A stretch of DNA of 55,282 nucleotides. Origin: Chloroflexota bacterium (lineage in GTDB: Bacteria > Chloroflexota > Anaerolineae > Anaerolineales > E44-bin32). The notes under the pieces are model-generated. The model made no database searches. It saw only the letters and a program-made list of their open reading frames with translations, and was not told the DNA's origin. The stretch spans positions 1 through 55,282 of the forward strand of contig JAPUGV010000232.1 in NCBI GenBank assembly GCA_027298025.1. The letters run 5' to 3'. This document shows, piece after piece, positions 46,674 through 55,282 of this stretch. A program made the translations under genes and the position numbers. Position 1 is the first letter of the stretch; the number at the start of each line of letters is the position of its first letter.

Positions 46674-46697
46674 AGGGGCTGTAGGCCCCTTTTTTTG
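46674..46697 (+). terminator. Intrinsic terminator after the histidine kinase
   Basis: AGGGGC-TGTAG-GCCCCT followed by TTTTTTGTT. Confidence 0.7.
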
Positions 46698-46720
46698 TTC
46701 CTGGAGATCCCGTCCGAGGT

Positions 46721-47185
46721 TCAACCCGGCCGATCGGTCTTGGGACGATCCTTCCCCAGCAAGCTGAGACAGAGGAACAACTCTCCGCGGTGGTGAATTT
46801 GTTGCTCAAGCACGTGCCAGAGAATCCACGCCAGTTTTGGCGTGCCGTCGCCCGGCACCTGGACGATGCGATTGAAGTCCTCTATCGGTAGCGTCTCCAG
46901 ATACGCTTCAGTGTCCCCATGCGTGCGTGTAATCTCCGCTTCGATCGAGCTCACCGTGGTCAGCCGACCGTCATCCTCAGGAGGCCATTCATCGATTTTG
47001 CGCCGCACCACGTAATGAATCCAGCCTTGCTCGAGATTGATGATATGGCGCAAAATATCCCCCACCGTGCGGTCGTAGCGTTCCGCCGGTCGAAAGTCTA
47101 GATCTCCGTCTCCCAACACCGCGACCGCCCGGAGCAGGTCTCTCCTGACCTTGTCCCAGTGGTCAAAATACTCTGCTGCGTTCAT
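46721..47185 (-). CDS. DinB-family (DinB_2) metal-dependent protein
   Basis: ILRHIINLEQGWIH and WHVLEQQIHHRGEL match the His-triad helices of the DinB superfamily. The ATG at 47185 is preceded by GGAGGAAAGAGG and overlaps the LOG stop as ATGA. Confidence 0.75.
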   Translation of the reverse strand: MNAAEYFDHWDKVRRDLLRAVAVLGDGDLDFRPAERYDRTVGDILRHIINLEQGWIHYVVRRKIDEWPPEDDGRLTTVSSIEAEITRTHGDTEAYLETLPIEDFNRIVQVPGDGTPKLAWILWHVLEQQIHHRGELFLCLSLLGKDRPKTDRPG

Positions 47186-47784
47186 CCTCTTTCCTCCGCG
47201 CCCCCGGCTTGTTTGGCCCACCGTTCGGCCAGATTCACTTGAGGCCGGAACGACCCTAACCGCTCCAAGAGTCTACCCGGCTCAATGTCACTGATGAGCA
47301 GATCCTCCTGGCCCACATAGAGGAAGCCCTCTGACCAGGCGTGATCGAGCAAGGACAGGAATCGATCAAAGTAGTTATTTGTATTGAGTATGCCCACCGG
47401 CTTTGTGTGGTAGCCGAGTTGCGCCCAAGCCAGGCCTTCCACCAGCTCGTCAAACGTGCCTAGCCCGCCAGGCAGAGCGACGAACCCGTCCGAGAGATCC
47501 AGCATTTTCGTCTTGCGCGCTTGAATGTTGTCCATGACGTAAAGCTCCGTGAGGTTCTTATGCCCGAGCTCCGTCGAATTGAATTGGTCGATGGTCACAC
47601 CAATGACTTCTCCCCCACTCTCCAGTGCCGCGTCTGCCACCTCCCCCATTAGTCCCGTAGCACCACCCCCATAGACTAATGAAAGTTCAAGCCCGGCAAT
47701 GGTGCGCCCCATCTCACGCGCGGCGTCCAGGTAAACCGGCGCGACGTCCCCACTGGAACCACAGTAGACGGCGATGCGCCTCAT
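47182..47784 (-). CDS. LOG-family protein (TIGR00730; nucleotide 5'-monophosphate phosphoribohydrolase)
   Basis: VYGGGATGLMG and the hallmark PGGLGTFDEL motif. Length 200 aa. Confidence 0.85.
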   Translation of the reverse strand: MRRIAVYCGSSGDVAPVYLDAAREMGRTIAGLELSLVYGGGATGLMGEVADAALESGGEVIGVTIDQFNSTELGHKNLTELYVMDNIQARKTKMLDLSDGFVALPGGLGTFDELVEGLAWAQLGYHTKPVGILNTNNYFDRFLSLLDHAWSEGFLYVGQEDLLISDIEPGRLLERLGSFRPQVNLAERWAKQAGGAEERG

Positions 47785-47942
47785 TACCGCGCTCCTAGGG
47801 TACGCGTCGGAGGCCGGCTGAAATAGGAGTTCACTTGTCTTAATCTAGGTAGGGGCAATGCGACCGCGGATTCTACCATGCGGCCTCTCTGAGCCCCGGA
47901 GCGGGTCCTTTCGCCTCTCCCAGCGGTAAAATACGACCCATC

Positions 47943-48551
47943 ATGAACGCACTGGCTGGCATCATTCTCACGCTGTTGGCGGTAGTGCTCTGGGGAGTAC
48001 TGCACAGCCTGCTAGCTGCTCCCCGCACCAAGCAGCGGCTGCGCCGCCGGTTCGGTCCAAAAACAGACCGCGGATATCGTCTCTTTTACAATGGTTTCGC
48101 GGCCGTGACTTTGCTGCCGGTCTTTGCCATCTCGGCCCGAGTTCCCGGTCTCACGCTCTATCAGATTCCCTCACCCTGGGTGTTCTTGACCGCCGCGATA
48201 TAGATTCTTGCCTTACTTGTTGTCGCATGGACTGTGCTGAAGACCGGAGCATCGAATTTCCTGGGCTTTCGCCAGCTTCTCAGCCCTCATGGATCTGATT
48301 CCGCCCGATTGCAAGTGAGCGGCTTTTACCGCTGGGTGCGGCACCCGCTCTACGCCTCGGGCTTGGTGTTTATCTGGTTGAGCCCGGTGATGACGACCAG
48401 CACGCTAGCCCTATTCCTGGGATTGACACTCTACATCGTCATTGGAAGCCGATTCGAGGAGCGACAGCTGGTTGCGAAGTTTGGGGAGCCTTACCTGGAG
48501 TATCGGCTCAAAGTTCCAGCGATTATCCCTCGACCACGGCGACGTTACTGA
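47943..48551 (+). pseudogene. NnrU/ICMT-PEMT-type membrane methyltransferase interrupted by a single in-frame TAG (48201-48203)
   Basis: ORFs 47943-48203 and 48234-48551 are in the same frame. Read through the TAG, the sequence is a continuous hydrophobic helix (VFLTAAI*ILALLVVAWTV). The C-terminal half carries GFYRWVRHPLYASGLVFIW, typical of ICMT/PEMT methyltransferases. Confidence 0.6.
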
Positions 48552-48552
48552 G

Positions 48553-49599
48553 CTACGCCACCGCCCAATAATCCCGGGTTTCCACAAGCCCCATCCCATC
48601 GAGACGCTCGCGGATCAACGCTCGCGCACCCCTCGAGCCAACCGCGGCCAGCACCACGGGTTCTCGGTATTGTCTTAATAGGTCGGGCAATTCCTCGGCG
48701 GACAGGATCGGCAGACCGCGTTTCACGCTGCCGATTTTCTTGGGATCGATATCCACAAAAGCCACGAGCGATGCCCCGCCTCGCTCCAAATGTTTGGAAA
48801 GCCGCCGCCCCATCTGCCCCGCCCCCCAAATGATCACCGCCTCGCGATCGGACAAGGGACCCTGGCACAAATAGTGCGCTTTGGCACGCAGAAAATTCTC
48901 CACCGAGTAGCGGCCGTCAGTGCGAGTCAGTCGGTCAGGACTCTCGTGCCAGTCGAGCAGCACTTCCCGCACCTTTCCCATCCGCGCCCCCGCAACGTGC
49001 ATTCGGAGCCAGAGATCGTAGTCTTCTGGCCAGCCATGTTCCTGATAGCCACCCACGCGTCTCAGCCAATCGGCGCGGATCATCGTGGATGGGTGGGCCA
49101 AGGGGCTCTCTACAAAGATGTCGCGCGCGATCAGTGCTGGCGTGTCCAGGCTGTTGAGCCATGCCAGGTACCGCTTGAACCCACCCCGAACCTCGTCACC
49201 TGGGAAAGCCTCCACGTAGCTGCCGACCACTGCGATATCGGGATGCTCCGTCAGGAAGCGCACTTGTTTGGCCAGGCGCTCTGGGTACGCGCGATCGTCG
49301 GCGTCCATGCGGGCAATCATTCCTGCCCTGCAAGCCACGAGGCCTCCATTGAGCGCCTCGATAATCCCGCCATGGGAGAAGCTCAGGACCCGCACACGGC
49401 GGTCCCTACTTGCCCAATCCCGCAGCCGATCGGCCGTGCCGTCGGTGGATCCGTCGTCCACAGCGATGAGTTCGAAATTGCTGAGCGTCTGCTCCAAGAT
49501 AGAGCGCACGGCATCGTCCACTGTGCCTTGCACGTTGTAGCACGGCATCAGCACCGAAACCGCAGTAATATCTTGGGTTGCTTTGGAGGACAGGACCAT
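48553..49599 (-). CDS. Family 2 glycosyltransferase with C-terminal Rossmann-like extension
   Basis: VSVLMPCYNVQGTVDDAVRSILEQT, DDGSTDGT and ARMDADD (DxD). The C-terminal VIIWGAGQMGRRLSKHL resembles a nucleotide-binding loop. Confidence 0.8.
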   Translation of the reverse strand: MVLSSKATQDITAVSVLMPCYNVQGTVDDAVRSILEQTLSNFELIAVDDGSTDGTADRLRDWASRDRRVRVLSFSHGGIIEALNGGLVACRAGMIARMDADDRAYPERLAKQVRFLTEHPDIAVVGSYVEAFPGDEVRGGFKRYLAWLNSLDTPALIARDIFVESPLAHPSTMIRADWLRRVGGYQEHGWPEDYDLWLRMHVAGARMGKVREVLLDWHESPDRLTRTDGRYSVENFLRAKAHYLCQGPLSDREAVIIWGAGQMGRRLSKHLERGGASLVAFVDIDPKKIGSVKRGLPILSAEELPDLLRQYREPVVLAAVGSRGARALIRERLDGMGLVETRDYWAVA

Positions 49600-50416
49600 G
49601 GAAAACTTTCAGCCTCTCGAAATCTTACTCGTGCGGTTCGTAGAATTTCTGCCCAAACTGATCACCTCTATTGTGATCTTCATGGTCGCGCTGTTCGCAT
49701 CGTCGTGGTTGGCCAATCTTACGGCCAAGGCGATGCGGCGTCGCAACCTCGACGCCGAGCTCATTGTACTTTCGCGCCGCGTGGTGCGGATCACCGCGCT
49801 GATCCTCGGGACGATTCAGGCCCTGGCTCAGGTCGACTTCAATGTGACCGGCTTCGTGGCGGGGCTGGGCATCATCGGTTTTACCGTCGGCTTCGCCATG
49901 CAGGATGTTACGAAAAACTTCGTGGCCGGCATCCTGTTGTTGCTTCAGCAGCCCTTCGGTATCGGCGACCGCATCGAGGTGGCCGGCCACAGCGGCACGG
50001 TCAAGGACATCACGCTGCGTACTACGGAAATGCGCACCTGGGACGGTCGCGACGTGCTTATCCCGAATGGGGACGTCTACGTCAAACCCATAACCAACTA
50101 CAGTCGCGACCCGCGAAGGCGGATTCAGCTTTCTGTAAGCGTCAGTAGGGAGTGGGATCTGGAAGAGCTCACCCATGTGGTGCTCGACTCGCTGAAGGAC
50201 GGGGTGGGCGTGCTGGAGGATCCAGGATCGGAAGCCGTATGGACCGCCTCCACGCAAGGCGCAACGGAGTTGTCCGCCTACTACTGGGTGGATACCTCTC
50301 AGGTCGATTTCAGGAGCGCCCAGAACACCGGTCTTGCGGCGGTGCGGGCGGCGCTTAGGGGGGTGAAAGAGGAGTTCTCCTTCTCGGTGAAAGCCCCCTT
50401 GCTTGACGCGCCTTAA
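49598..50416 (+). CDS. MscS-family mechanosensitive channel
   Basis: Three N-terminal TM helices, then the beta-domain motif PFGIGDRIEVAGHSGTVKDITLRTTEMRTWDGRDVLIPNG. The ATG at 49598 is preceded by GGAGGA at 7 nt; the ORF-track TTG at 49583 is less likely. Confidence 0.85.
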   Translation: MENFQPLEILLVRFVEFLPKLITSIVIFMVALFASSWLANLTAKAMRRRNLDAELIVLSRRVVRITALILGTIQALAQVDFNVTGFVAGLGIIGFTVGFAMQDVTKNFVAGILLLLQQPFGIGDRIEVAGHSGTVKDITLRTTEMRTWDGRDVLIPNGDVYVKPITNYSRDPRRRIQLSVSVSREWDLEELTHVVLDSLKDGVGVLEDPGSEAVWTASTQGATELSAYYWVDTSQVDFRSAQNTGLAAVRAALRGVKEEFSFSVKAPLLDAP

Positions 50417-50665
50417 TCTTTTTGGCTGTAGCGAAGCCTCAGATAGTCGAGCGCCACGTTATCGATTCGGTCTGGATCCTGATCCTGGCTCCTCAGGTTT
50501 TGAAACTTGCCGGCCACGGCAACGCCCCACTCCCATTGGCCGAGATCGCAAGCAGCGATCGAGAGGGTGCTGGGCCGCAAATTTACCCTCGAATGTGCAT
50601 CGGGCTCGGGGTAACTCGGAGTATTTTCCACCACTCGATCAAGATAGTTGACCCGAGATTATTGT

Positions 50666-51664
50666 CTATTGGAAATCCTCTGCGTAGTGGCATGCCACCC
50701 AATGTCCGGGTTGCAGCTCACGCAGCTCCGGTTCGGCAAGGGGGCAGTGATCCAGCCTCACTACAGGGCAACGGGTGTGGAAATTGCAGCCCTCGGGTGG
50801 ACTAGCCGGGCTGGGGATATCACCTTCCAAGATAATGCGCACGCGGGCCTCCTGCAGATCCGGATCTGGAACCGGCACGGCCGACATCAAGGCCTGAGTG
50901 TAAGGGTGCAGCGGGTTCGAGTAGATCGAATCTCGATCCGCCAGCTCGACGATCTTTCCCAAATACATCACCGCGATGCGATCGCTGATGTGGCGGACCA
51001 TGCTCAGGTCGTGCGCTATGAATAAGTACGTCAGCCCCAGCTCATCCTGCAATCGCTCAAGCAGGTTCACGATTTGGGCTTGAATCGAAACGTCGAGCGA
51101 AGAGATCGGCTCGTCGCATATGACCAGCTCCGGATCGAGCGCAAGTGCACGTGCGATTCCGATCCGCTGCTGCTGACCGCCAGAGAACTCGTGCGGGTAC
51201 CGATTAATAAAGTTTGGGTTGAGCCCTACCTGTTCGAGCAGCTGGCGGACACGCGCTTGCCTTTCCTTCTTGTTGCCGACTTCGTGAACGAGGAGCGGCT
51301 CGCCAACGATGCTGCCGATCGTCATCCTTGGATTGAGCGAGGCGAAGGGGTCCTGGAAAATCATAGAGATTCGTCGGCGCATTCGATCCAGCTCCTTGCC
51401 CTTCAGACTCATGAGATCCACGCCGTCAAAGATGACTTCGCCTTCGGTCGCTTCATACAGCCTCAGCATCGTGCGGCCCACCGTAGTTTTGCCTGATCCC
51501 GTTTCACCGACCAGACCTAACGTCTCACCTCGGTACAGATCAAACGACACTCCGTCCACCGCCCGAATCTGACCGACCACTCGCTTGATGATGGTGCCCC
51601 GCGAGATCGGGAAATGCTTGACCAAACCACGAACCTGGGCCAGGATTTCGCGTCCGTCCCCCAC
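50666..51664 (-). CDS. Opp/Dpp-type peptide ABC transporter ATP-binding protein (OppF/DppF position)
   Basis: Walker [10 protein letters not shown], signature [15 protein letters not shown], Walker [11 protein letters not shown], and a C-terminal oligopeptide-type extension with Cys residues. I preferred the GTG start at 51664: AAGGAG lies 7 nt upstream, and it shares one nucleotide with the upstream TAG. Confidence 0.85.
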   Translation of the reverse strand: MGDGREILAQVRGLVKHFPISRGTIIKRVVGQIRAVDGVSFDLYRGETLGLVGETGSGKTTVGRTMLRLYEATEGEVIFDGVDLMSLKGKELDRMRRRISMIFQDPFASLNPRMTIGSIVGEPLLVHEVGNKKERQARVRQLLEQVGLNPNFINRYPHEFSGGQQQRIGIARALALDPELVICDEPISSLDVSIQAQIVNLLERLQDELGLTYLFIAHDLSMVRHISDRIAVMYLGKIVELADRDSIYSNPLHPYTQALMSAVPVPDPDLQEARVRIILEGDIPSPASPPEGCNFHTRCPVVRLDHCPLAEPELRELQPGHWVACHYAEDFQ

Positions 51665-52656
51665 TAGGCCACTCCTTGCGCGATCTCTTCCCAGCGCCAA
51701 CATGCCACCGTGTGACGCTCGCTTTCGGTGGGTTCGAGTGGAGGCGTTTCGTTCCAGCATTGCTCTACGACGTATGTGCATCTAACCGCGAAGGGACATC
51801 CAGGCCTGAGATCGATCAGATCGGGCGGCAACCCTGGGATTGCGGAAAGCTCAGTCCCCGGATCTTCATCCAGGCGGGGCAGCGAGCCCAGCAAGCCGAT
51901 GGTATAGGGATGCCGCGTGCGCTTGAAGACATCCCGCACAGTCCCGCGCTCCACGATGTAGCCTGCGTACATGACGTTGACCCTCTCTGCCACATCGGCC
52001 ACCACGCCTAAATCGTGGGTAATCCACATTACCGCCATGCCAAGCTCGGCCTGCAGGCGCTTGATAAGGTCCACGATTTGCGCCTGGATCGTCACGTCCA
52101 GGGCGGTCGTCGGCTCATCTGCGATCAGCAGCTTGGGATCGCAAGATAGCCCCATGGCGATCATGACCCGCTGGCGCATCCCGCCAGAAAACTGGTGCGG
52201 GTAATCCTCCAGCCGATTCTTAGCGTCGGGGATGCCCACCATCGTCAGCAGATCGGTCGTTCGCGCCTCCGCCTGCTTGTTATTCATTCCCAGATGCAGC
52301 GTCAATGCTTCCACAATCTGAAACCCTATGGTCATCGCGGGGTTGAGCGACGACATCGGGTCCTGGAAGACCATCGCTAATCGCCCTCCCCTAACTTTGC
52401 GGATCTCCTCGTCGCTGACCGTCAGCAAATCCTGTCCATCAAACCAGACCTCGCCTCTCTCAATTTTGCCCGGTGGATCGGGAATGAGTCTCATGATGGA
52501 AAGTGCATGGACGCTCTTCCCACAACCGCTCTCGCCTACCACGCCAAGGATTTCGCCCTCGTCGATCGAGTAGGAGACGCCATTTACCGCGTGGACCACG
52601 CCATCGCGAGTGTAGAAGCGCGTTTGCAGGTCTTTGATCCTCAGGAGTTCATTCAC
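51664..52656 (-). CDS. Opp/Dpp-type peptide ABC transporter ATP-binding protein (OppD/DppD position)
   Basis: Walker [10 protein letters not shown], signature [15 protein letters not shown], Walker [11 protein letters not shown]. Confidence 0.88.
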   Translation of the reverse strand: MNELLRIKDLQTRFYTRDGVVHAVNGVSYSIDEGEILGVVGESGCGKSVHALSIMRLIPDPPGKIERGEVWFDGQDLLTVSDEEIRKVRGGRLAMVFQDPMSSLNPAMTIGFQIVEALTLHLGMNNKQAEARTTDLLTMVGIPDAKNRLEDYPHQFSGGMRQRVMIAMGLSCDPKLLIADEPTTALDVTIQAQIVDLIKRLQAELGMAVMWITHDLGVVADVAERVNVMYAGYIVERGTVRDVFKRTRHPYTIGLLGSLPRLDEDPGTELSAIPGLPPDLIDLRPGCPFAVRCTYVVEQCWNETPPLEPTESERHTVACWRWEEIAQGVA

Positions 52657-52747
52657 TTAATTAGCCTTTGAGAGTACGCGCGACCCTATTCGGAGAGATC
52701 CGATTCACTGGGTTACTTGTACCCCTTTGGAAACCTGAATGCGGTCC

Positions 52748-53677
52748 TCAGCCGAGCTTCGGGTCGAGGGCATCCCGCAACCCGTCCCCAAGCAGGTTGA
52801 ACCCCAATACGAGGAACATGATCGATATCCCCGGGAAGAAGACCATCCAGGGAGAAGTGAACATGTATCCTCGATTGCGGCTCAGCAGCAGTCCCCATTC
52901 TGGCGTGGGAGGCTGGGCGCCCAATCCGAGGAAACCGAGCGCGGCCGCGTCTAAGATCGCAGCAGCAATCCCCAATGAAGCCGCTACGATGATTGGAGAT
53001 AGTGTGTTGGGCATGACATGGCGCCACAGCACTCTGCGGGCGCCAGCTCCGATGGAGCGAGCCGCCATAACGTAGTCCTTGCCGCTCTCACCCAGTACCG
53101 AGGCGCGCGTAATCCTGGCGAACGCCGGTATAGACACGATGCCAACCGCCACCATCGCATTGAATAATCCCGGTCCGAGAATGACCACTATTACCAGCGC
53201 TAGCAGGATGGTAGGAAACGAGATCATGATGTCCATGATGCGCATGATGACGTTGTCAACCGTGCCTCCTGCGAATCCTGCGATCGCACCCAGAGTGGAG
53301 CCCAAAATAATGGCCAGGCTCACCGCGAACACGCCCACGAGCAATGAAATGCGCGCACCATAAATGATGAGACTGAGCATATCCCGCCCGATAACATCCG
53401 TTCCCATCGGATGGTCCATCGAAGGTGGCAGCTTGTTGTTTTGCGGGAAGGCCTGAAAAATTCCGTTTTTGTCCGGATGTTGGGACGCGATCCAGGGAGC
53501 CATGAATGCCACAAGAATGACGGTCCCGAGCATAAGTATTCCAACAATGGCAAGCTTGTTTGAAAACAGCCTGCGCATGGTGTCCCTGAACGGAGAGCGT
53601 ACAACGCCCTGGCTCTGGTCTTCAGCCCCTGGTATTCCGAGCCCTCTGAGTTCGGTCTCAGCCAATGAACCTGACAT
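52748..53677 (-). CDS. Opp/Dpp-type ABC permease (OppC/DppC position)
   Basis: Six-TM binding-protein-dependent permease with the EAA-loop region AARSIGAGARRVLWRHVMPN. Length 309 aa. Confidence 0.85.
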   Translation of the reverse strand: MSGSLAETELRGLGIPGAEDQSQGVVRSPFRDTMRRLFSNKLAIVGILMLGTVILVAFMAPWIASQHPDKNGIFQAFPQNNKLPPSMDHPMGTDVIGRDMLSLIIYGARISLLVGVFAVSLAIILGSTLGAIAGFAGGTVDNVIMRIMDIMISFPTILLALVIVVILGPGLFNAMVAVGIVSIPAFARITRASVLGESGKDYVMAARSIGAGARRVLWRHVMPNTLSPIIVAASLGIAAAILDAAALGFLGLGAQPPTPEWGLLLSRNRGYMFTSPWMVFFPGISIMFLVLGFNLLGDGLRDALDPKLG

Positions 53678-53680
53678 CGA

Positions 53681-54682
53681 TCAGTTGTATCGAATCCGAG
53701 GGTTGAACCAACCATACGAAACATCCACAGCAAGATTGACGAAAACATAGATCAGTGCAAAGACCATGACTCCGGTCTGAACCACCGGAAAATTGCGCGC
53801 GACGATGGCATTGACGATCCAGCGACCCATTCCTGGCCACGCGAATATCGTCTCGGTAAGGATGGCTCCCGTCATCAGGAGCCCTATCTGAAGCCCGATC
53901 ACCGTGATCACAGGTAGCATCGCATTCTTGAGTGCGTGGCGCGATACAACCGATTTCTCTTCAAGCCCCTTGGCTCGGGCGGTACGCACATAATTCTCAC
54001 CCAATACATCCAGCATCGCCGATCGGGTGATGCGGGCGATGAAAGCGGTCGGAATCGTGGCCAGGGCGACCGCCGGGAGCACGAGATGATGCAGGGAGCT
54101 CAAGAGCGCTGGGAAATTTAGCGTGAGAATGCTGTCCACGATGTACAGGTTGGTGATGGTCTGTAGATCAACCGATCGGTCTATCCGGCCACCTATGGGG
54201 AACCAGCCCAGCTTGAGCCCAAAGATCCACAGCAGCATAAGCGCCAACCAGAAGATCGGCATCGAGACCCCTACCAATGACCCGAACGTCGTGCCGAGGT
54301 CCGCGAAGCTGTTGTGTTTGTAGGCGGCGATGACGCCCAAGGGCACTCCGACTACTATGGCAATCGTCATCGCAGCCAGTGCCAGCTCTATGGTGGCAGG
54401 GAAGAACAGGCGCAGCTCGATGGCGACCGGGATCCTGGATATGATCGACGTTCCCAGGTCGCCTTGAGCGATCCGTACCAAGAACCGCCCGTATTGCACG
54501 GGTAACGGATCATCGAGCCCCAGCTTCTCCCGCAATGCTGCACGCATTTCGGGCGTCGCATGCACGCCGGCGAGCGCGGATGCCGGATCTCCTGTGAGCA
54601 GCACCATGCTGTACGCAAAGAACGTGACGCCCAGGACGACCGGTATTACGAGAATTAAGCGTTTCAACAGATATTGGGTCAC
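53681..54682 (-). CDS. Opp/Dpp-type ABC permease (OppB/DppB position)
   Basis: N-terminus MTQYLLKRLILVIPVVLGVTF and EAA-loop YVRTARAKGL typical of OppB/DppB. GTG start with GAGGGA upstream. Confidence 0.85.
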   Translation of the reverse strand: MTQYLLKRLILVIPVVLGVTFFAYSMVLLTGDPASALAGVHATPEMRAALREKLGLDDPLPVQYGRFLVRIAQGDLGTSIISRIPVAIELRLFFPATIELALAAMTIAIVVGVPLGVIAAYKHNSFADLGTTFGSLVGVSMPIFWLALMLLWIFGLKLGWFPIGGRIDRSVDLQTITNLYIVDSILTLNFPALLSSLHHLVLPAVALATIPTAFIARITRSAMLDVLGENYVRTARAKGLEEKSVVSRHALKNAMLPVITVIGLQIGLLMTGAILTETIFAWPGMGRWIVNAIVARNFPVVQTGVMVFALIYVFVNLAVDVSYGWFNPRIRYN

Positions 54683-54735
54683 TTTAATTCCCTCAGGTCG
54701 ATTATATCAACCCGCGATTGCGGGCCGTCTACGTC

Positions 54736-54770
54736 CTAAAAGCCAACCGGGGGGACTTGCGTCCCCCCGG
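54736..54770 (-). terminator. Intercistronic hairpin/attenuator between the binding-protein gene and the permease genes
   Basis: The minus strand reads CCGGGGGGAC-GCAA-GTCCCCCCGG (10-bp stem) followed by TTGGCTTTT. Confidence 0.65.
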
Positions 54771-54798
54771 CAGGTAATTCCCTTGTTCCGCTTGATTG

Positions 54799-55282
54799 TT
54801 ACTTGCTGAGGTAGGTCAAAATTTCACGCACCGGGCTAGGAACGTAGCCGGTAACATCGGCGCGGAACAGCGTGGGCGGCGTGCGGGTAACAACCGGCAC
54901 ACTGATCGCGCGGTCAAAAATCATCTGATTCGCCTGTTCGTACATGGACTTCCGAGTTTCGAAGTCGGTCTCGGCCACCGCGGCTCTCAGCAGAGTAGCG
55001 ATCTCCTCGTCGGGTGGCGCTCCGCCCGCTGCGCCGTCATTATTGAACGAGGTATCGGTACCGCAGAAGAAGACACACAGGAAGTTGTCCGGGTCGCCAT
55101 TGTCGCCCACCCAACCCAGCATGAACAGGTCATGTTTGGTGCCGTCAGTCTGCAGGTCGCTCAAGTACGGATCCGGCCAAGCCGGCGACTGGATCTCGGT
55201 GTTGATTCCAACCGCAGCAAGTTGCGCCTGAATCAGCTCACCAATCGCCGCCGGATCGGGATAGTAGGCTCTGGAGACCGGC
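54799..55282 (-). CDS. Family 5 substrate-binding protein (OppA/DppA type), C-terminal part; gene runs off the window
   Basis: The frame is open to the window edge upstream of the ORF-track start. Its translation, ...YYPDPAAIGELIQAQLAAVGINTEIQSPAWPDPYLSDLQTDGTKHDLFMLGWVGDNGDPDNFL, is typical of SBP family 5 C-terminal lobes. Confidence 0.8.
   Translation of the reverse strand, partial: PVSRAYYPDPAAIGELIQAQLAAVGINTEIQSPAWPDPYLSDLQTDGTKHDLFMLGWVGDNGDPDNFLCVFFCGTDTSFNNDGAAGGAPPDEEIATLLRAAVAETDFETRKSMYEQANQMIFDRAISVPVVTRTPPTLFRADVTGYVPSPVREILTYLSK

Noticed and set aside
48790-50148. 452-aa plus-strand ORF, the longest unexplained ORF in the track
   Set aside because: It runs antisense to the well-supported GT2 gene and out of frame through the MscS gene. 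Its Arg/Pro/His/Gly-rich composition has no motifs. This is the typical shadow ORF of GC-rich DNA.
50422-50805. 127-aa plus-strand ORF spanning the mscS-oppF gap
   Set aside because: It overlaps the 3' end of oppF antisense and has no RBS or motifs. The gap is better explained as a non-coding or relic region.
1-55282. Search by eye for mobile elements, prophage or defence genes, tRNA/rRNA genes and CRISPR arrays
   Set aside because: I recognised no transposase, integrase, recombinase, restriction, Cas, toxin-antitoxin or phage structural motifs in any long ORF. No tRNA-like T-arm (GGTTCGAATCC-type) and no spaced direct-repeat array were seen. Small or divergent elements could still be missed without tools.

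Overview
This is a GC-rich, densely coding bacterial chromosomal window with about 55 supportable genes. I saw no rRNA, tRNA, CRISPR array, transposase or integrase. The gene content (RNase J, M32 carboxypeptidase, VanW, Gmad2-type lipoproteins, lipobox lipoproteins, no outer-membrane components) would fit a monoderm-like lineage such as Chloroflexota. Taxonomy cannot be fixed from this sequence alone.

Layout:
- (i) 0.1-6.6 kb, minus strand: a decayed Ser/Thr-kinase relic, surE, a CBS-containing M50 protease, an HD hydrolase, and a btuFCD-type corrinoid importer. The importer sits behind a complete promoter / cobalamin riboswitch / intrinsic terminator unit.
- (ii) 6.9-10.2 kb, plus strand: RNase J, a parvulin lipoprotein and a Pro/Thr-rich membrane protein.
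- (iii) 10.3-27.6 kb, minus strand: a 15-gene glycan-biosynthesis island. In transcription order it encodes wecC-like, wecB-like, GT4, FkbM methyltransferase, GT4, GT4, a bi-domain MDR+Gfo/Idh/MocA oxidoreductase, a cytoplasmic heparinase II/III-like protein, a PglC-like initiating transferase, a small autonomous ORF, a WbuB-like GT4, a SAM methyltransferase, an ATP-grasp ligase, a HAD phosphatase and a DegT aminotransferase. No flippase, polymerase or exporter is recognisable.
- (iv) 27.8-37.7 kb: a polytopic-membrane/EEP phosphodiesterase fusion, rpiB, a 2-hydroxyacid dehydrogenase, an M32 carboxypeptidase, envelope proteins (Gmad2 lipoprotein, VanW), Trm112-like and HEAT proteins, and a small membrane protein.
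- (v) 37.8-39.1 kb: serS with a consensus promoter.
- (vi) 39.25-42.4 kb: a translationally coupled serine-palmitoyltransferase-like alpha-oxoamine synthase and extended SDR reductase, followed by a tandem hotdog thioesterase. This group converges on a MenA-like prenyltransferase.
- (vii) 43.4-50.4 kb: a soluble GAF/PAS histidine kinase, LOG-DinB, an ICMT/NnrU methyltransferase interrupted by one in-frame TAG, a GT2 and an MscS channel.
- (viii) 50.7-55.3 kb: an Opp/Dpp-type peptide ABC operon, with the substrate-binding gene cut by the window edge.

The most interesting candidates are the uronic-acid tailoring module (DegT-HAD-ATP-grasp, plus the bi-domain oxidoreductase/heparinase-like pair) in the exporter-less glycan island, and the Spt-like/SDR/thioesterase cluster, a candidate long-chain amino-lipid pathway. 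All functional calls rest on motif and family recognition by eye. No database search was run.
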